This document shows positions 20,527-30,800 of a DNA stretch of 64,000 nucleotides, in pieces; positions within the stretch are counted from its first letter, which is position 1, and every line of letters starts with the position of its first letter. Below the pieces are notes generated by a model, which was given only the letters and a program-made list of their open reading frames with translations, did no database searches and had not been told where the DNA came from. The DNA is from Vulcanimicrobiota bacterium (GTDB lineage: Bacteria > Vulcanimicrobiota > Xenobia > Xenobiales > JADMJV01): the NCBI GenBank assembly GCA_019637395.1, contig JAHBVR010000012.1, positions 65,842 through 129,841 on the forward strand, read 5' to 3'. Position numbers and translations under genes: made by a program.

Positions 20527-21249
20527 TCAGGCTTTAAATTCGGTTTCCAACGCTCTGGCCAAAGTTTCGCGCTGATCCGGCTTGAGCTGATTCAAGCTTT
20601 CGATGGCCGCATTGATACGCGGTTGAGCTTCGCGAGGAATAGTGCCTTTTTTTACTTCGCCGGCGATCTGATCTTTCAACTGGCCAAAAATATTGACCAC
20701 GAAGAAATGACCGGAGACGAAAGCTTTGCGATTCTTCACCTTGCCGAAAATGGTATCGGTCCTACCATTCACGCGTCCTGACATCCATTTGCGAGCGCCG
20801 ACGTCGAGGTCTACGTAACTTTTTTGCGTCTCGGGCGGCAACGTGTTCAGCAGCGTGCGCACTTCCGGCTTAAGTTGAGCCAGCCGCTCCGCCACCGTGC
20901 CAGGCGGGATTTTGCCCGTGACCAGACTGCTGGCCACCAATTGGCGCACGGCCGGGTCCTTGCTGGGCACCAATCCTCCGTGCTGCAATTGGGCGGCGGC
21001 GGCGGTGGGAATACCGGCCAACAAGCCGGCCACTCCGGTGGTGGTCAGACAGGCGGTGAAGACGGCTTTGCGCACCAAGTGCTTGCCCAGGCCGGCCAGC
21101 GGAGCAGGCGGAGCTTCGGCTGCACTCAGATTATCCGTCTCCAGAGCAATAAACTGGTCACGCGGTTCCGTTACATCGGGGCGGTCCTGGCGGGGCGGGG
21201 CGGCGTTGCGTAAAGGACTGGGCAAACCGGAGGCAAGCGGGGAAATCAT
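20527..21249 (-). CDS. Hypothetical single-pass membrane protein
   Basis: Internal ATG at 21249 (MISPLAS...). Central TM segment AVFTACLTTTGVAGLLAGI. Confidence 0.4.
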   Translation of the reverse strand: MISPLASGLPSPLRNAAPPRQDRPDVTEPRDQFIALETDNLSAAEAPPAPLAGLGKHLVRKAVFTACLTTTGVAGLLAGIPTAAAAQLQHGGLVPSKDPAVRQLVASSLVTGKIPPGTVAERLAQLKPEVRTLLNTLPPETQKSYVDLDVGARKWMSGRVNGRTDTIFGKVKNRKAFVSGHFFVVNIFGQLKDQIAGEVKKGTIPREAQPRINAAIESLNQLKPDQRETLARALETEFKA

Positions 21250-21398
21250 CCTACTGTCTTCTGGAGGTCTAGACTTAAGTCCTACGATTCCAAAATAAGT
21301 CTGGAAAATCGTGATCTGATTAACAATTCTTTCACCTCTGCCGTAGTATACTGGCAGTATAGGCACCGCCTAGAAAAGATGGAGTGGAGAAAACTCAC

Positions 21399-22010
21399 AT
21401 GCGCTTGTCCGTCACCGTAGGTTTAGTAGCTTGCCTGGTAGGAGTGGCCGCGGCTCAACCCAGCTACCCCACCTTCCAACAGCAGAACTACTCCAATCCC
21501 GCCAACAGTTACTCGATGCAGAACTCGCTGCCGGATCCCTACGGGCGCAACATCGCGCCGTATTTCAACAACCAGGAGGTTCGCCTGCCGAACCAGGCCT
21601 GGGCCGGACACGTTGGTGAACTGGTGCGCCAGGCCGATGGTGGTCTGTGGATCGTCAACACCAGCGGATTGATGCCCAAGGGCAGCACCGTCTCGATCAT
21701 GCGCAACGGGCTGATGGTCAACGGCGGTCAGGTGGTCGAATCGGGTGCCGGCACGGCGCTCATCAAGCCCTGGGCCAGCAGTGACGTCAAGGGCGGCGAC
21801 AATGTCTATCTCCAGTCGGTCGCCCCGGTGGCCATCGCCCCGGTCTACGATAAGTTCCAGGTCAATCGTCCCACCATGCAGGACCCGACCTACCTCTACT
21901 ACACCGACTATATGCATCAGGATCACCCGGGTCAGATGACCTCGCTGTTCAGCAACTATAACGGCTGGGGTTACTACCCCGGCTTTAACAACTACTACTA
22001 CCGCCGCTGA
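21399..22010 (+). CDS. Secreted hypothetical protein (Asn/Tyr-rich C-terminus)
   Basis: ATG 21399 with SD TGGAGA. Signal peptide MRLSVTVGLVACLVGVAAAQP. Confidence 0.5.
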   Translation: MRLSVTVGLVACLVGVAAAQPSYPTFQQQNYSNPANSYSMQNSLPDPYGRNIAPYFNNQEVRLPNQAWAGHVGELVRQADGGLWIVNTSGLMPKGSTVSIMRNGLMVNGGQVVESGAGTALIKPWASSDVKGGDNVYLQSVAPVAIAPVYDKFQVNRPTMQDPTYLYYTDYMHQDHPGQMTSLFSNYNGWGYYPGFNNYYYRR

Positions 22011-22047
22011 ACAGGACTCGGGCACGTAAACGCCCAAAGCCGAGAAT

Positions 22048-25000
22048 ATGAACTCGGCGCCTGTCAAAATCTCGAAGGCCGCCCGATTGCTAGCCGAATT
22101 GCTGGCAGTCAGCGGCCTTTCTCTTTCCAAGCCGGCCTGGAGCAATGGACTCCGATCTTACGCACGGTTGGCCGACGCCAGCCTGCCCACTGCCGATCTC
22201 GACCCCGTTCTCCAAGAGCTGGTGGACCATGATATGGTGGCTCGCCAAAACGACCAGGCCAAACTGGTGGACCGAGTTTGCGAAGAGATTCTTCTTCAGA
22301 TCCGCAAGGAAAGGCGGGCCGGACTGGTTTCCAGCGCTCTTTTCGAGCATGTTTTTCCGCTGCTGAGCAGCCCTTTTGACAAGGCTCAGGTGAACTTCCG
22401 CACCAGCCTGCTTTTCGGCACGGCCCGCTACATCAATCAGAGCTACCATCAATTTGAGGGGGCGGCCGGCAAACCACGGGAACTGGCCCAAATCGCCCGC
22501 GGCTGGCGCCACGCCGAGTCTTTTCAACAAGTGGATTCGCGCTGGCACCAGGCGCTGCTGGAAAAGTCGCTGGAATGGGCGGTGGAACGCTGCGAAGAAG
22601 CCCCCGGCGCGGTAGCCTTTTGTGAGCGCCAATCGCAACTGAACAACCAGGTTCTGCTTTACCTGGGGCTCTACTGGTTCACGCGCGGCAACGACGAGCA
22701 AACCAGACGCTTTCTGCAAGCGGCCAACCGCATCCCCAGCCTGCCGGGGCTGGTAGCTTTCGACCTCAAACGCTACGACACGGCACTGGAATGCTTCGCC
22801 CAGGCGGCCAGCCGCACCGAAAATCCGGTTCTTTACCTACCTATCACCCGCCTGGCCCGGGTTCTCTGCCTGTTGCGCCAGGGTGAGGCGGCCCAAGCTC
22901 AGGTCTGCTGCGGACCTGAGCTGCAGGGGGTCGATCCCTGGCTGCGCTGGCTGTGCGACCAGCGCCAGGGCAAAGCGCGCCATGCCCGGCCCAGTTTCAA
23001 CGCCGCCGAGGGAGCGGGAACTTCCCTCTGGCTGACGGCGGCCAGTTGCGCCCTGACGGTCAACGACCGAGAATTGCAGGGGCAATTGCGCGAAAGCGGC
23101 CAACAGTTAGCTCAGCAAGCCCATTCCCAAGGTTTTCTCTGGGTGGAACGGCAGCTGCAGCGCTTTCTGCACAAGTTCGCTCACCCTCGCGCCGAATGCT
23201 GCCCCTGGGACTGCGTGGTGCCCGAGCAGCCCTGGAAGCTACGCCTCAAACAGTTACTCGACCTGGCCCAGAAACCCCGTTTCGAGCCCGAGGAACGGAT
23301 CATCTGGACGGTCCGGCCGGCGGCCGCCGGCTGGGAAGCAGTGCCCAAGCTGCAAAGCCAGGCCAAGCGCGGCGGCTGGTCCAAAGGCCGCCAACTGGAA
23401 TTGTTCCGCACCCCTCCCGCCTGCGCCGATGAATACGATCTGCGCGTCTTCCGCCAGGCGCTGGCCCGCGATTTTACCTTGAGCGACGTATTCCACTCGC
23501 TGGTCGGCCATCCCCGAGTGTTCCACGAAGACACCGGCCAGCAAATCGAGATCGTGGAGGGCCGCCCCGAGTTTCAGGTCAACAAAGGCCCAAACGGATT
23601 GGCCGTGCGCATCCTGCCCAGTTGCCTGGACTCGAGCGGCCAGGTGATCGAGCTGGTCGGCCACACCACGCTAAAAGTCTATCGATTCGACCCGCTACTG
23701 CGAGAATTTAGCGAGATTCTGGGCGATGGCCTGGAAGTGCCCGAGAGCGAGCAGGCGGCTGTGCAATTGTTGCTGGATAAGCTGCCGGCTGAATTCGCCA
23801 TCGCTTCCGACCTGGCCAGCGAAGCGGTCCAGGAAGTGGCCGGCGACCCCACTCTCTACCTGCGCATCCGCCCCCTGCGTGAGGGCCTCGAATTGAACAT
23901 GCTGGTCCGCCCTTTAGGCGCGGATGGACCCGAGTATCCCCCCACCCACGGGGGCCAGAGGGTACTGTTGCGCCAGCATGGGCGCCGGGTCCAGGCGGTG
24001 CGCAATCTGGAGTCGGAGAGTCTGGCCTGCCAACGGGTGTTGGAGGCCTGCCCGGGCCTGAGGCCGGAGCAGGGCACGGCCCACTGGGTCACTCCCGACT
24101 TGCCGGCCAGCCTGGAGGTTCTCGAGCAAATCGGACGCCTGCCGGCCGAGGCCCTGACGGTGGAATGGCCGGAAGGACAATCGCTGCGCATCCGCCACCG
24201 GGTGGGCGGCGAAAATCTGCGCCTGCAGGCCCAGACGCAAGGCGACTGGTTCCATGTGCAGGGACAGTTGGAACTATCGGCCGAGGAACACTGGCAACTT
24301 CAGGACTTGTTGGAGCGCATGCGCAATCAAACGGGTCGATTCATCGCCCTGGGCTCGGGCGAGTTCCTGGCTCTGACCGAAGAGTTGCGCCGCCGCCTAC
24401 AAGAACTCTCCAACCTGGTCGAACCGGCCAAAGGCAAAGCCATCAAAGTTCATGGTCTGCTGATCGGGGCTCTGCAAGAAATCGCCCCCACCGAAGGTGA
24501 CGAGCACTTTCAGGAACGTCTGGCGCGCCTCAACGACAGCCACTCGATCAAGCCTCCGCTCCCCAAGACTTTCCAGGCCGAGTTGCGCGCTTACCAGAGG
24601 GAAGGCTTCGAGTGGCTGAGCCAGCGGGCTCACTGGGGGGTGGGAGCCTGTCTTTCAGACGATATGGGGCTGGGCAAAACCCTGCAAACTCTGGCTCTGT
24701 TGGTGCACCGGGCGCCGCTGGGCCCGGCCCTGGTGATTGCTCCCACCTCGGTATGTGGCAACTGGTTGGAGGAAGCGCGCCGTTTCGCCCCCACCCTGCG
24801 GGTCCACTGGCTGCTCGACGGGGAGCGCCAGAGCGTGGTGGAAAAAGCGGAAGCTTTCGATGTCCTGCTCGTCAGCTACGGCGTGGTCGTGCGCGAACTC
24901 AAGATTTTGAGCGCGCGCACCTTCGCCACTTTGGTGGTGGACGAAGCCCAGGCCATCAAGAATCACGCCACCCAGCGTTTTCAAGCGGTGCTCAAGATTC

Positions 25001-25938
25001 CCTCCGACTTTCGAGTGGTCACCACCGGAACCCCGGTGGAAAACCGCCTGGAAGAACTGTGGGCGCTCTTCCGTTTCCTCAATCCGGGACTGTTGGGCAG
25101 CCTGGAACGTTTCCGCGAGCGCTTTATCGCTCCCATCGAAGCCGGTCAGGCACCGGCCCGCCAGCACCTCAAGAAGCTGGTCCATCCGTTCCTGTTGAGG
25201 CGCACCAAGACCCAGGTGCTGCACGAATTGCCGGCGCGCACCGATATCACGCTGGAAGTTCCGCTCAGCCCCTCCGAGCGCACCTTTTACGAGGCCTTGC
25301 GCACGCGGGCGCTGGAGAAACTCAACGGCAGCGAGGTCGAAGCCATGCAGGTGCTGGCCGAGTTGACCCGCTTGCGCCGAGCCTGCTGCCATCCCTCTCT
25401 GGTCGAGCCCAAAAAGAAGGCGGGCGAAGGTTCCAAGTTGGAAGCCGTGCGCGAATTGCTCAACGACATGCGCGAGGGAGGCCATCGCGCTCTGATCTTC
25501 AGCCAGTTCGTCGACCATCTGCAGCTTTTGCGCCAGGAACTGGACCAGCAGCAGTTGAGCTATCAGTACCTCGACGGCACCACCCCGGCCCAGGAACGCA
25601 GCCGCCGGGTGAAGGCTTTTCAGGCGGGTGATGGCGAGGTGTTCCTCATCAGTTTGCGCGCCGGTGGCTTCGGCTTGAATCTGACCGGAGCGGATTACGT
25701 GATCCACATGGATCCCTGGTGGAACCCGGCGGTCGAGGATCAAGCTTCGGACCGAGCACACCGCATCGGGCAGCTGCGTCCGGTCACCGTCTACCGGCTG
25801 GTAGCCAAGGACACGGTAGAGGAAAAAATCCTGGCGCTGCACCGCCAAAAGCGAGAGCTGGCTCAAGGCCTGCTGGAAGGGGCAGAGGAAGGACTGCGCC
25901 TCAGCGCCAGCGAGCTGCTGGCCTTGATGCAGGCTTGA
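22048..25938 (+). CDS. SNF2-family DNA-dependent ATPase/helicase with a long N-terminal extension (bacterial SNF2-associated region)
   Basis: C-terminal half carries SNF2_N motifs (LRAYQREGFEWL, DDMGLGKTLQTLALL, DEAQAIKN, TGTPVENRLEELWALFRFLNPG) and the helicase-C motif (QASDRAHRIGQ). About 800 aa of N-terminal extension. 1296 aa in total. Confidence 0.85.
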   Translation: MNSAPVKISKAARLLAELLAVSGLSLSKPAWSNGLRSYARLADASLPTADLDPVLQELVDHDMVARQNDQAKLVDRVCEEILLQIRKERRAGLVSSALFEHVFPLLSSPFDKAQVNFRTSLLFGTARYINQSYHQFEGAAGKPRELAQIARGWRHAESFQQVDSRWHQALLEKSLEWAVERCEEAPGAVAFCERQSQLNNQVLLYLGLYWFTRGNDEQTRRFLQAANRIPSLPGLVAFDLKRYDTALECFAQAASRTENPVLYLPITRLARVLCLLRQGEAAQAQVCCGPELQGVDPWLRWLCDQRQGKARHARPSFNAAEGAGTSLWLTAASCALTVNDRELQGQLRESGQQLAQQAHSQGFLWVERQLQRFLHKFAHPRAECCPWDCVVPEQPWKLRLKQLLDLAQKPRFEPEERIIWTVRPAAAGWEAVPKLQSQAKRGGWSKGRQLELFRTPPACADEYDLRVFRQALARDFTLSDVFHSLVGHPRVFHEDTGQQIEIVEGRPEFQVNKGPNGLAVRILPSCLDSSGQVIELVGHTTLKVYRFDPLLREFSEILGDGLEVPESEQAAVQLLLDKLPAEFAIASDLASEAVQEVAGDPTLYLRIRPLREGLELNMLVRPLGADGPEYPPTHGGQRVLLRQHGRRVQAVRNLESESLACQRVLEACPGLRPEQGTAHWVTPDLPASLEVLEQIGRLPAEALTVEWPEGQSLRIRHRVGGENLRLQAQTQGDWFHVQGQLELSAEEHWQLQDLLERMRNQTGRFIALGSGEFLALTEELRRRLQELSNLVEPAKGKAIKVHGLLIGALQEIAPTEGDEHFQERLARLNDSHSIKPPLPKTFQAELRAYQREGFEWLSQRAHWGVGACLSDDMGLGKTLQTLALLVHRAPLGPALVIAPTSVCGNWLEEARRFAPTLRVHWLLDGERQSVVEKAEAFDVLLVSYGVVVRELKILSARTFATLVVDEAQAIKNHATQRFQAVLKIPSDFRVVTTGTPVENRLEELWALFRFLNPGLLGSLERFRERFIAPIEAGQAPARQHLKKLVHPFLLRRTKTQVLHELPARTDITLEVPLSPSERTFYEALRTRALEKLNGSEVEAMQVLAELTRLRRACCHPSLVEPKKKAGEGSKLEAVRELLNDMREGGHRALIFSQFVDHLQLLRQELDQQQLSYQYLDGTTPAQERSRRVKAFQAGDGEVFLISLRAGGFGLNLTGADYVIHMDPWWNPAVEDQASDRAHRIGQLRPVTVYRLVAKDTVEEKILALHRQKRELAQGLLEGAEEGLRLSASELLALMQA

Positions 25939-25939
25939 C

Positions 25940-26368
25940 ATGCGGCTCTGCTTCCTGATCCTGCTGGCCTCGGTGGCGCTGGCCGAAGAGCCGGCCAAGG
26001 ACGACCTGAGCGAACTTTACTCCAAGTTGGGAGCGGTTTCTCCCAAGGTGGTCAAAGCCGGTTTCACGATTTTGCACGTGGAGTTTGACCGGCTCGCGCC
26101 CGGTGGCGAGTACACCCTCAAGCGCCAACTTTCGGCTCAGAACAAATACAAGCTGGTCGGCGTGGGCTCCCAAGGCATCACCGATCTGACGCTGCGCCTG
26201 ATCGACTCCAAGGGCAAGGTTGAAGCCAACGATCCCCGCCCCGACAGCGTGGCCATCGTGAACCTGGTGCCTAAGATCAGCGGGATGTTCACCATTAAGC
26301 TGGGAGCCCGCCGAATCACCGGCAACCAACCTTACTTCTTCTGCCTGATCGCCAGTAAGCCCAAGTAG
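25940..26368 (+). CDS. Small secreted protein (hypothetical), translationally coupled to the upstream SNF2 gene
   Basis: The ATG is 1 nt after the SNF2 TGA. Signal peptide MRLCFLILLASVALA. Confidence 0.5.
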   Translation: MRLCFLILLASVALAEEPAKDDLSELYSKLGAVSPKVVKAGFTILHVEFDRLAPGGEYTLKRQLSAQNKYKLVGVGSQGITDLTLRLIDSKGKVEANDPRPDSVAIVNLVPKISGMFTIKLGARRITGNQPYFFCLIASKPK

Positions 26369-26533
26369 ACGAGTCAGGGTGCGAAACAGAAATAAAATTC
26401 TCGACCCTGGAGCAGGCAATATATGAACGAAGACATTCACAACTGTTACGAAAAGTTCAACCTTTCCGAGGCCATTTCATTAACGTCTACAAGCAGCTGA
26501 GTATCCTCTGAATATACCCCCACAGGGGACGGC

Positions 26534-27772
26534 TTGGAGGGAATTATGGCGCTCAGCCTCGGATCAATGGGAAACTTCTTTAGTCGCGCAATGGACTTCT
26601 CGAGTCCCTCCAGAGCTGCCGGCCCGAGCCTGACCGCCGGACAACCTGTTGGAAACTATGACGGTGCCAATTTCTCCGCCGAGATGTTGGATGGGATGCA
26701 AAACCTCCTGGTTGATTCGATCGCTCAGACCGTTCAACAGATTCAGTTGGCCCAAAGCTTCGGTGCCGATGCCTCCACCTCGTTGCAGCAACTGCAGCAA
26801 GAGTACCAGGCGGCCCAGATGCAGGGAGTGGCCTTGCCGCCGGAACTGCAGCAGGCGGTCGAACAGATTCTGAGCCAGGCCGGCTTGCTGCCCGGGATGG
26901 GCCAGGACGGCCTCACCCCCGGAGCGGGCGAGGGGGCAGGCAGCGGTGCTCCGGGCGGCACCGGCAGCAGCAGCGGCGGGGGTGGCTCTCCGCAGGCCGC
27001 CGCGGACGGCGGCGGTCAAGCGGCCGCCACCCAGAACGACGCTCCCGGGGCCGGCCCGGAGCAAACCTGGAAGCTGGCCGGGCTGTTCGACCAGGCCATG
27101 GCCAACGAACCGGCCGATTTCCGCAACCCCGAAGCCTGGGCCCAGGGGGATACGGCCGGTAACTGTTCGTCAGTGGCCGTGATCAAGGCCGCCACCGCCG
27201 AAAGTGGCAACGCCATCTTCCAGAGCGTGCAGAAAACCGAGGAGGGCTACCTGGTCACCACTCAGGACGGCCGCACCGTCAAGCTCAGCCAGGCGGAACT
27301 GGCCGCCGCCGAAAAGACGGCCGACTTCGAAGGGCCCGATAGCGCCTCCAAAGCCCAGGCGGTGATGGCCGCTGGCGTCATGGCCAAGAACTACCAGGCT
27401 GAACACCCGAACCTGACCTACCAGCAGGCCCTGAACGCCACCAACGGAGTGGTTGACCCGGTCTCCAATCCCAAGGGCGAAGGCCGCTTCCCTGAGCAGG
27501 CCGCCCACGACCTGGGCATTCCTTTTACGCGCACCAGCGTGCAGACGGCCGTCAATGACGTCAGAGCCGGCCGGGGCAGCGAAGCCGCCATCATCTACAA
27601 CGACCGCCACGCCGAAGTGGTCACCGGCAACCGCCAGGGAGGCGCCAGAGTCGACGACTACGGTCGCAGCACCAACAGCAACGGCCAGATCAGCAAGAAC
27701 GGCCAGACCAGCCAGGCCACCACCGGCATCGAACTCCACAGCAAACCCAAGCCCGCCCCCAAAGCCGCCTGA
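26534..27772 (+). CDS. Hypothetical protein with a Gln-rich N-terminus, a Gly/Ser linker and a C-terminal domain with a possible Cys/His pair
   Basis: 412 aa with no signal peptide. GNCSSVAVIKA ... DRHAEVV ... RVDDYG is compatible with a papain-like C/H/D arrangement, but this is speculative. Confidence 0.45.
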   Translation: MEGIMALSLGSMGNFFSRAMDFSSPSRAAGPSLTAGQPVGNYDGANFSAEMLDGMQNLLVDSIAQTVQQIQLAQSFGADASTSLQQLQQEYQAAQMQGVALPPELQQAVEQILSQAGLLPGMGQDGLTPGAGEGAGSGAPGGTGSSSGGGGSPQAAADGGGQAAATQNDAPGAGPEQTWKLAGLFDQAMANEPADFRNPEAWAQGDTAGNCSSVAVIKAATAESGNAIFQSVQKTEEGYLVTTQDGRTVKLSQAELAAAEKTADFEGPDSASKAQAVMAAGVMAKNYQAEHPNLTYQQALNATNGVVDPVSNPKGEGRFPEQAAHDLGIPFTRTSVQTAVNDVRAGRGSEAAIIYNDRHAEVVTGNRQGGARVDDYGRSTNSNGQISKNGQTSQATTGIELHSKPKPAPKAA

Positions 27773-27817
27773 CCCGGCGGGAAGGCCCTCCGGGCTTGTC
27801 TGTTGCATAGAAACTAG

Positions 27818-30800
27818 ATGAGCTCAAAGAAGGCCTCGGGGGGAGTGGCGGAGACTTCCACGCCCCGGGCGCGTTACAAAGCGTTGGGCTCCATGATCCA
27901 TGGGCTGTTGGAGCGATTGGGGGAGCACACTCGAGTGCTTTCTCAGCTCAAGAGCGCTCACTGCAATCCCAAGAGCGTTTACTGGGAGCTGCCCGCTTTT
28001 GTAGCCCCCTTGTTGGGCCAGCTGGCCCTCGAGTTAAAGGCGGCCACCGAGGAGTTGGGGGGCTGGCTCTTCGTGGAGGAACTCTCCAGAGCCATCACCT
28101 GTGAAAAGAACGTGGTGGGCAACCTGATTCGGCTGGCTTCGCTGCTGCAAGCCTTCGGCTGTCGGTTGGCCGAGGGCAAGCTCATCTGCACCGACGCCTC
28201 TCGCCAGCAACTCCTGGAACATCTGCGGCTGAGCGGGCGCGTACCCGGGCCACTCAGCCAGTTGCAGGCCGATTGCCAGGAATTTTTCGGCCGTTCTGTG
28301 GACGAAAAGACGCTGGCCTCGCTGATCGGACAGACGCTCTCGCCGGGCGTGGTGGCCGAGGTGGACAAGAAGTTGGTCGTTTTCAGCCTGGATCGACCTC
28401 CCTCGTGCCGGGATCTTTTGCTGGGCTGCCTGCGTCTCTGGAGAGGCCCCCTGAATTTGCGCGAGTTATTGAGCAAACTCAAGAAACTGGAAGTCTTTCA
28501 GGCCACCGCCTTGGAACTCGAAATGGAGGTCCACGGCCTCAAAGCTGAAGGCAAAGTCGGCGAGCGAGAAGGGATGTTTTTTCTGAGCGACAGCCGGCCC
28601 GGCCGCCTCGATCAGCTCGACCCGGCCGAGGTAGCCGATCTGGTTTTCCAGACGCTCTTTGAAATCGCCACCGCCGACGGAGTGGTGCGCTCGGAAGAAA
28701 TGTCCCTGATCGGCAACTTGCTGGCGGTGGAATTCGAGTTGCCCGCCGATGTGCGCGAGCCTTTCGAAACCCTGCTGGGTTTGGCCGTGCATCGCTCCCT
28801 GGACCATCAGCAACTGGGCCAACCTCTTTCAGCCCAAAAAGTGGCCGGCTTCCCCCAAGAATTGCGCGACCGGGTCTTCCGTGGAGCGGTGGCGGTGGCC
28901 TTTGTCGACCTCGAGATCCACGACCACGAACGCCAGGCCCTGGAAGGGGTGGCCCGGCGGCTGAGCACCTCGCTACCCGTGCCAGCCGTGGTCGAGCGCT
29001 TTGCCGAGATGTGCCGCCCTCCCTACGTCGACTATGCCTACTTCGGCATTTTGCCCGACCGTTACGACCCCGACCGATTGCATGAAAAATTCCTGGCCCT
29101 GCATCAGCACTACCTGGAGAAACTGGCCGGAGAGGATCAGCCGCCAGCCCAGGAAATCCGGCGCCTGCAACGGCTGCTCGGTGAATTCTACCGGCAACTC
29201 CCCTCTCAGCCCGCTCCCTGGTTGGTTGGCCTGGATCTGGAGAAGCCGGCCCTGCCTGCGCATAGCCTCTTGCCCCTCCATTGTTTCCTGCGCGTGGGGC
29301 GCTGCGATGGTCCCCTCAGCGAGAGGGAAGCCCGGGTTATTTCGCGATTGGTGCGTGGCAGTTTGGATAACCTGCAGGATCGCGCCCTATGGAATCTACA
29401 AACCCGCCCGCTGGCCAACCTGCAGCTGCCTGCTCCCGAGCTGGACGCGACCAGTTCGAGGCTGCGCATGCTCAGCTTCAGTCTGGTGGTGGCGCTCTGC
29501 GACGGGCCTCTCAACGTGGAAAAGTCGCGCGAACTGCTCTCTTTGGCCAGCGACCTGGGGGTCTCGGAGCGCAGCTTTCAGGTACTGCACCAACTGGAAC
29601 AGGCCGCCCGGCGACATCTTCAGGAGGATCCAGCCCTGGAGCAACTGGAGCGTTTGGAACTGGCTCTGGCCGAAGCCGAGCAACTGCCTGTGGACTCAAG
29701 CGCAGGCGCAACGGCCAGGGCCACGCCGCTGGTGTTGCCGGAATTGGAGCCGGGAGGTCATCCTTATCTGGTGGTGATCCGCCCCTCAGGGCGGCACAAT
29801 TTCATCGTCCACCTGCGGGTGCGCTCCGAACTCAACGACGTCCCCTTTCTCCAGGAGCAATTGAACGCGGCCATCCAGGCCCGGCCCTGGTTACGCGACC
29901 AGTGCGGTGGGCGCAGCTGGTTTCTCTGCAAGGGGGTGAGCAACTGCCTGCGCCTGCTCCATGAAGTGAAAGACAGTCCCTTTGAAGTGCAGTGGCCCCA
30001 CGGCCAGCCCTTCCAGGTTTTGGGCAAAGCCGGACTGCATAACCTGCGAGCCACCATCGGCCAAAAACAAGGCTGGTTCGAAATCGGCGGCAAACTACAG
30101 TTAGGTCAGGGACACCAGATCGGCTTGCTGGACTTGCTCGAGCGGGTGCGTCACCATCCCGACGCCATCGCCGTGGCTCCCGATACCTTCGTGCAGATCG
30201 ACGACGCCTTGCGCGGGCAGTTAGAAACGCTGAACTCGCTCTTACCCGAGGACATGAACGCCGGTACCATCGACCCTTTGCGGGCTCGCCTGGTGGCCGG
30301 TCAGGTACATTTTTTCGAGGACCAGACCAACAATCACGAGTTCTCCCGCCTGGCCGCCCTGATCGAGGAGGCCGGCGAAATTCGCCCCGACCTCCCCGCC
30401 GAGCTCTGGGAACGCCTGCGTGACTATCAAAAAGAAGGCGTGGAGTGGATGCTGCGCACTCTCCACGCCGGTCTGGGCGCCTGTTTGGCCGACGACATGG
30501 GCCTGGGCAAGACCTTGCAAACCCTTTGCGTCCTCTATCACCGACGCGCTCAGGGCCTCAGCCTGGTGGTGGCGCCTACTTCCGTTACCTATAACTGGAA
30601 AGAGCAGGCGCAGCGTTTTTTACCCGACCTGCGCGTCATGCTCTACGAGGGGCCGGGCCCGGTCCGCCATCTGGCGGCGGAGAAGCTGGACGAGTTTGAA
30701 GTCATCGTGGTCAGTTACGGCATTTTTCACAAGGATCACGCGTTGCTGGGCCAGCGAGAGTGGAACTGCCTGGTGCTGGACGAAGCTCAGAAAATCAAAA

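Noticed and set aside
21423-22145. 240-aa minus-strand ORF antisense to the secreted-protein gene.
   Set aside because: The plus-strand gene has an SD and a signal peptide. The minus frame is Val/Gly/Arg-rich junk.
24655-25998. 447-aa minus-strand ORF, plus a 339-aa plus-strand alternate frame (24612..25631), inside SNF2 paralog 1.
   Set aside because: They are antisense or off-frame of a gene with unmistakable SNF2 and helicase-C motifs.
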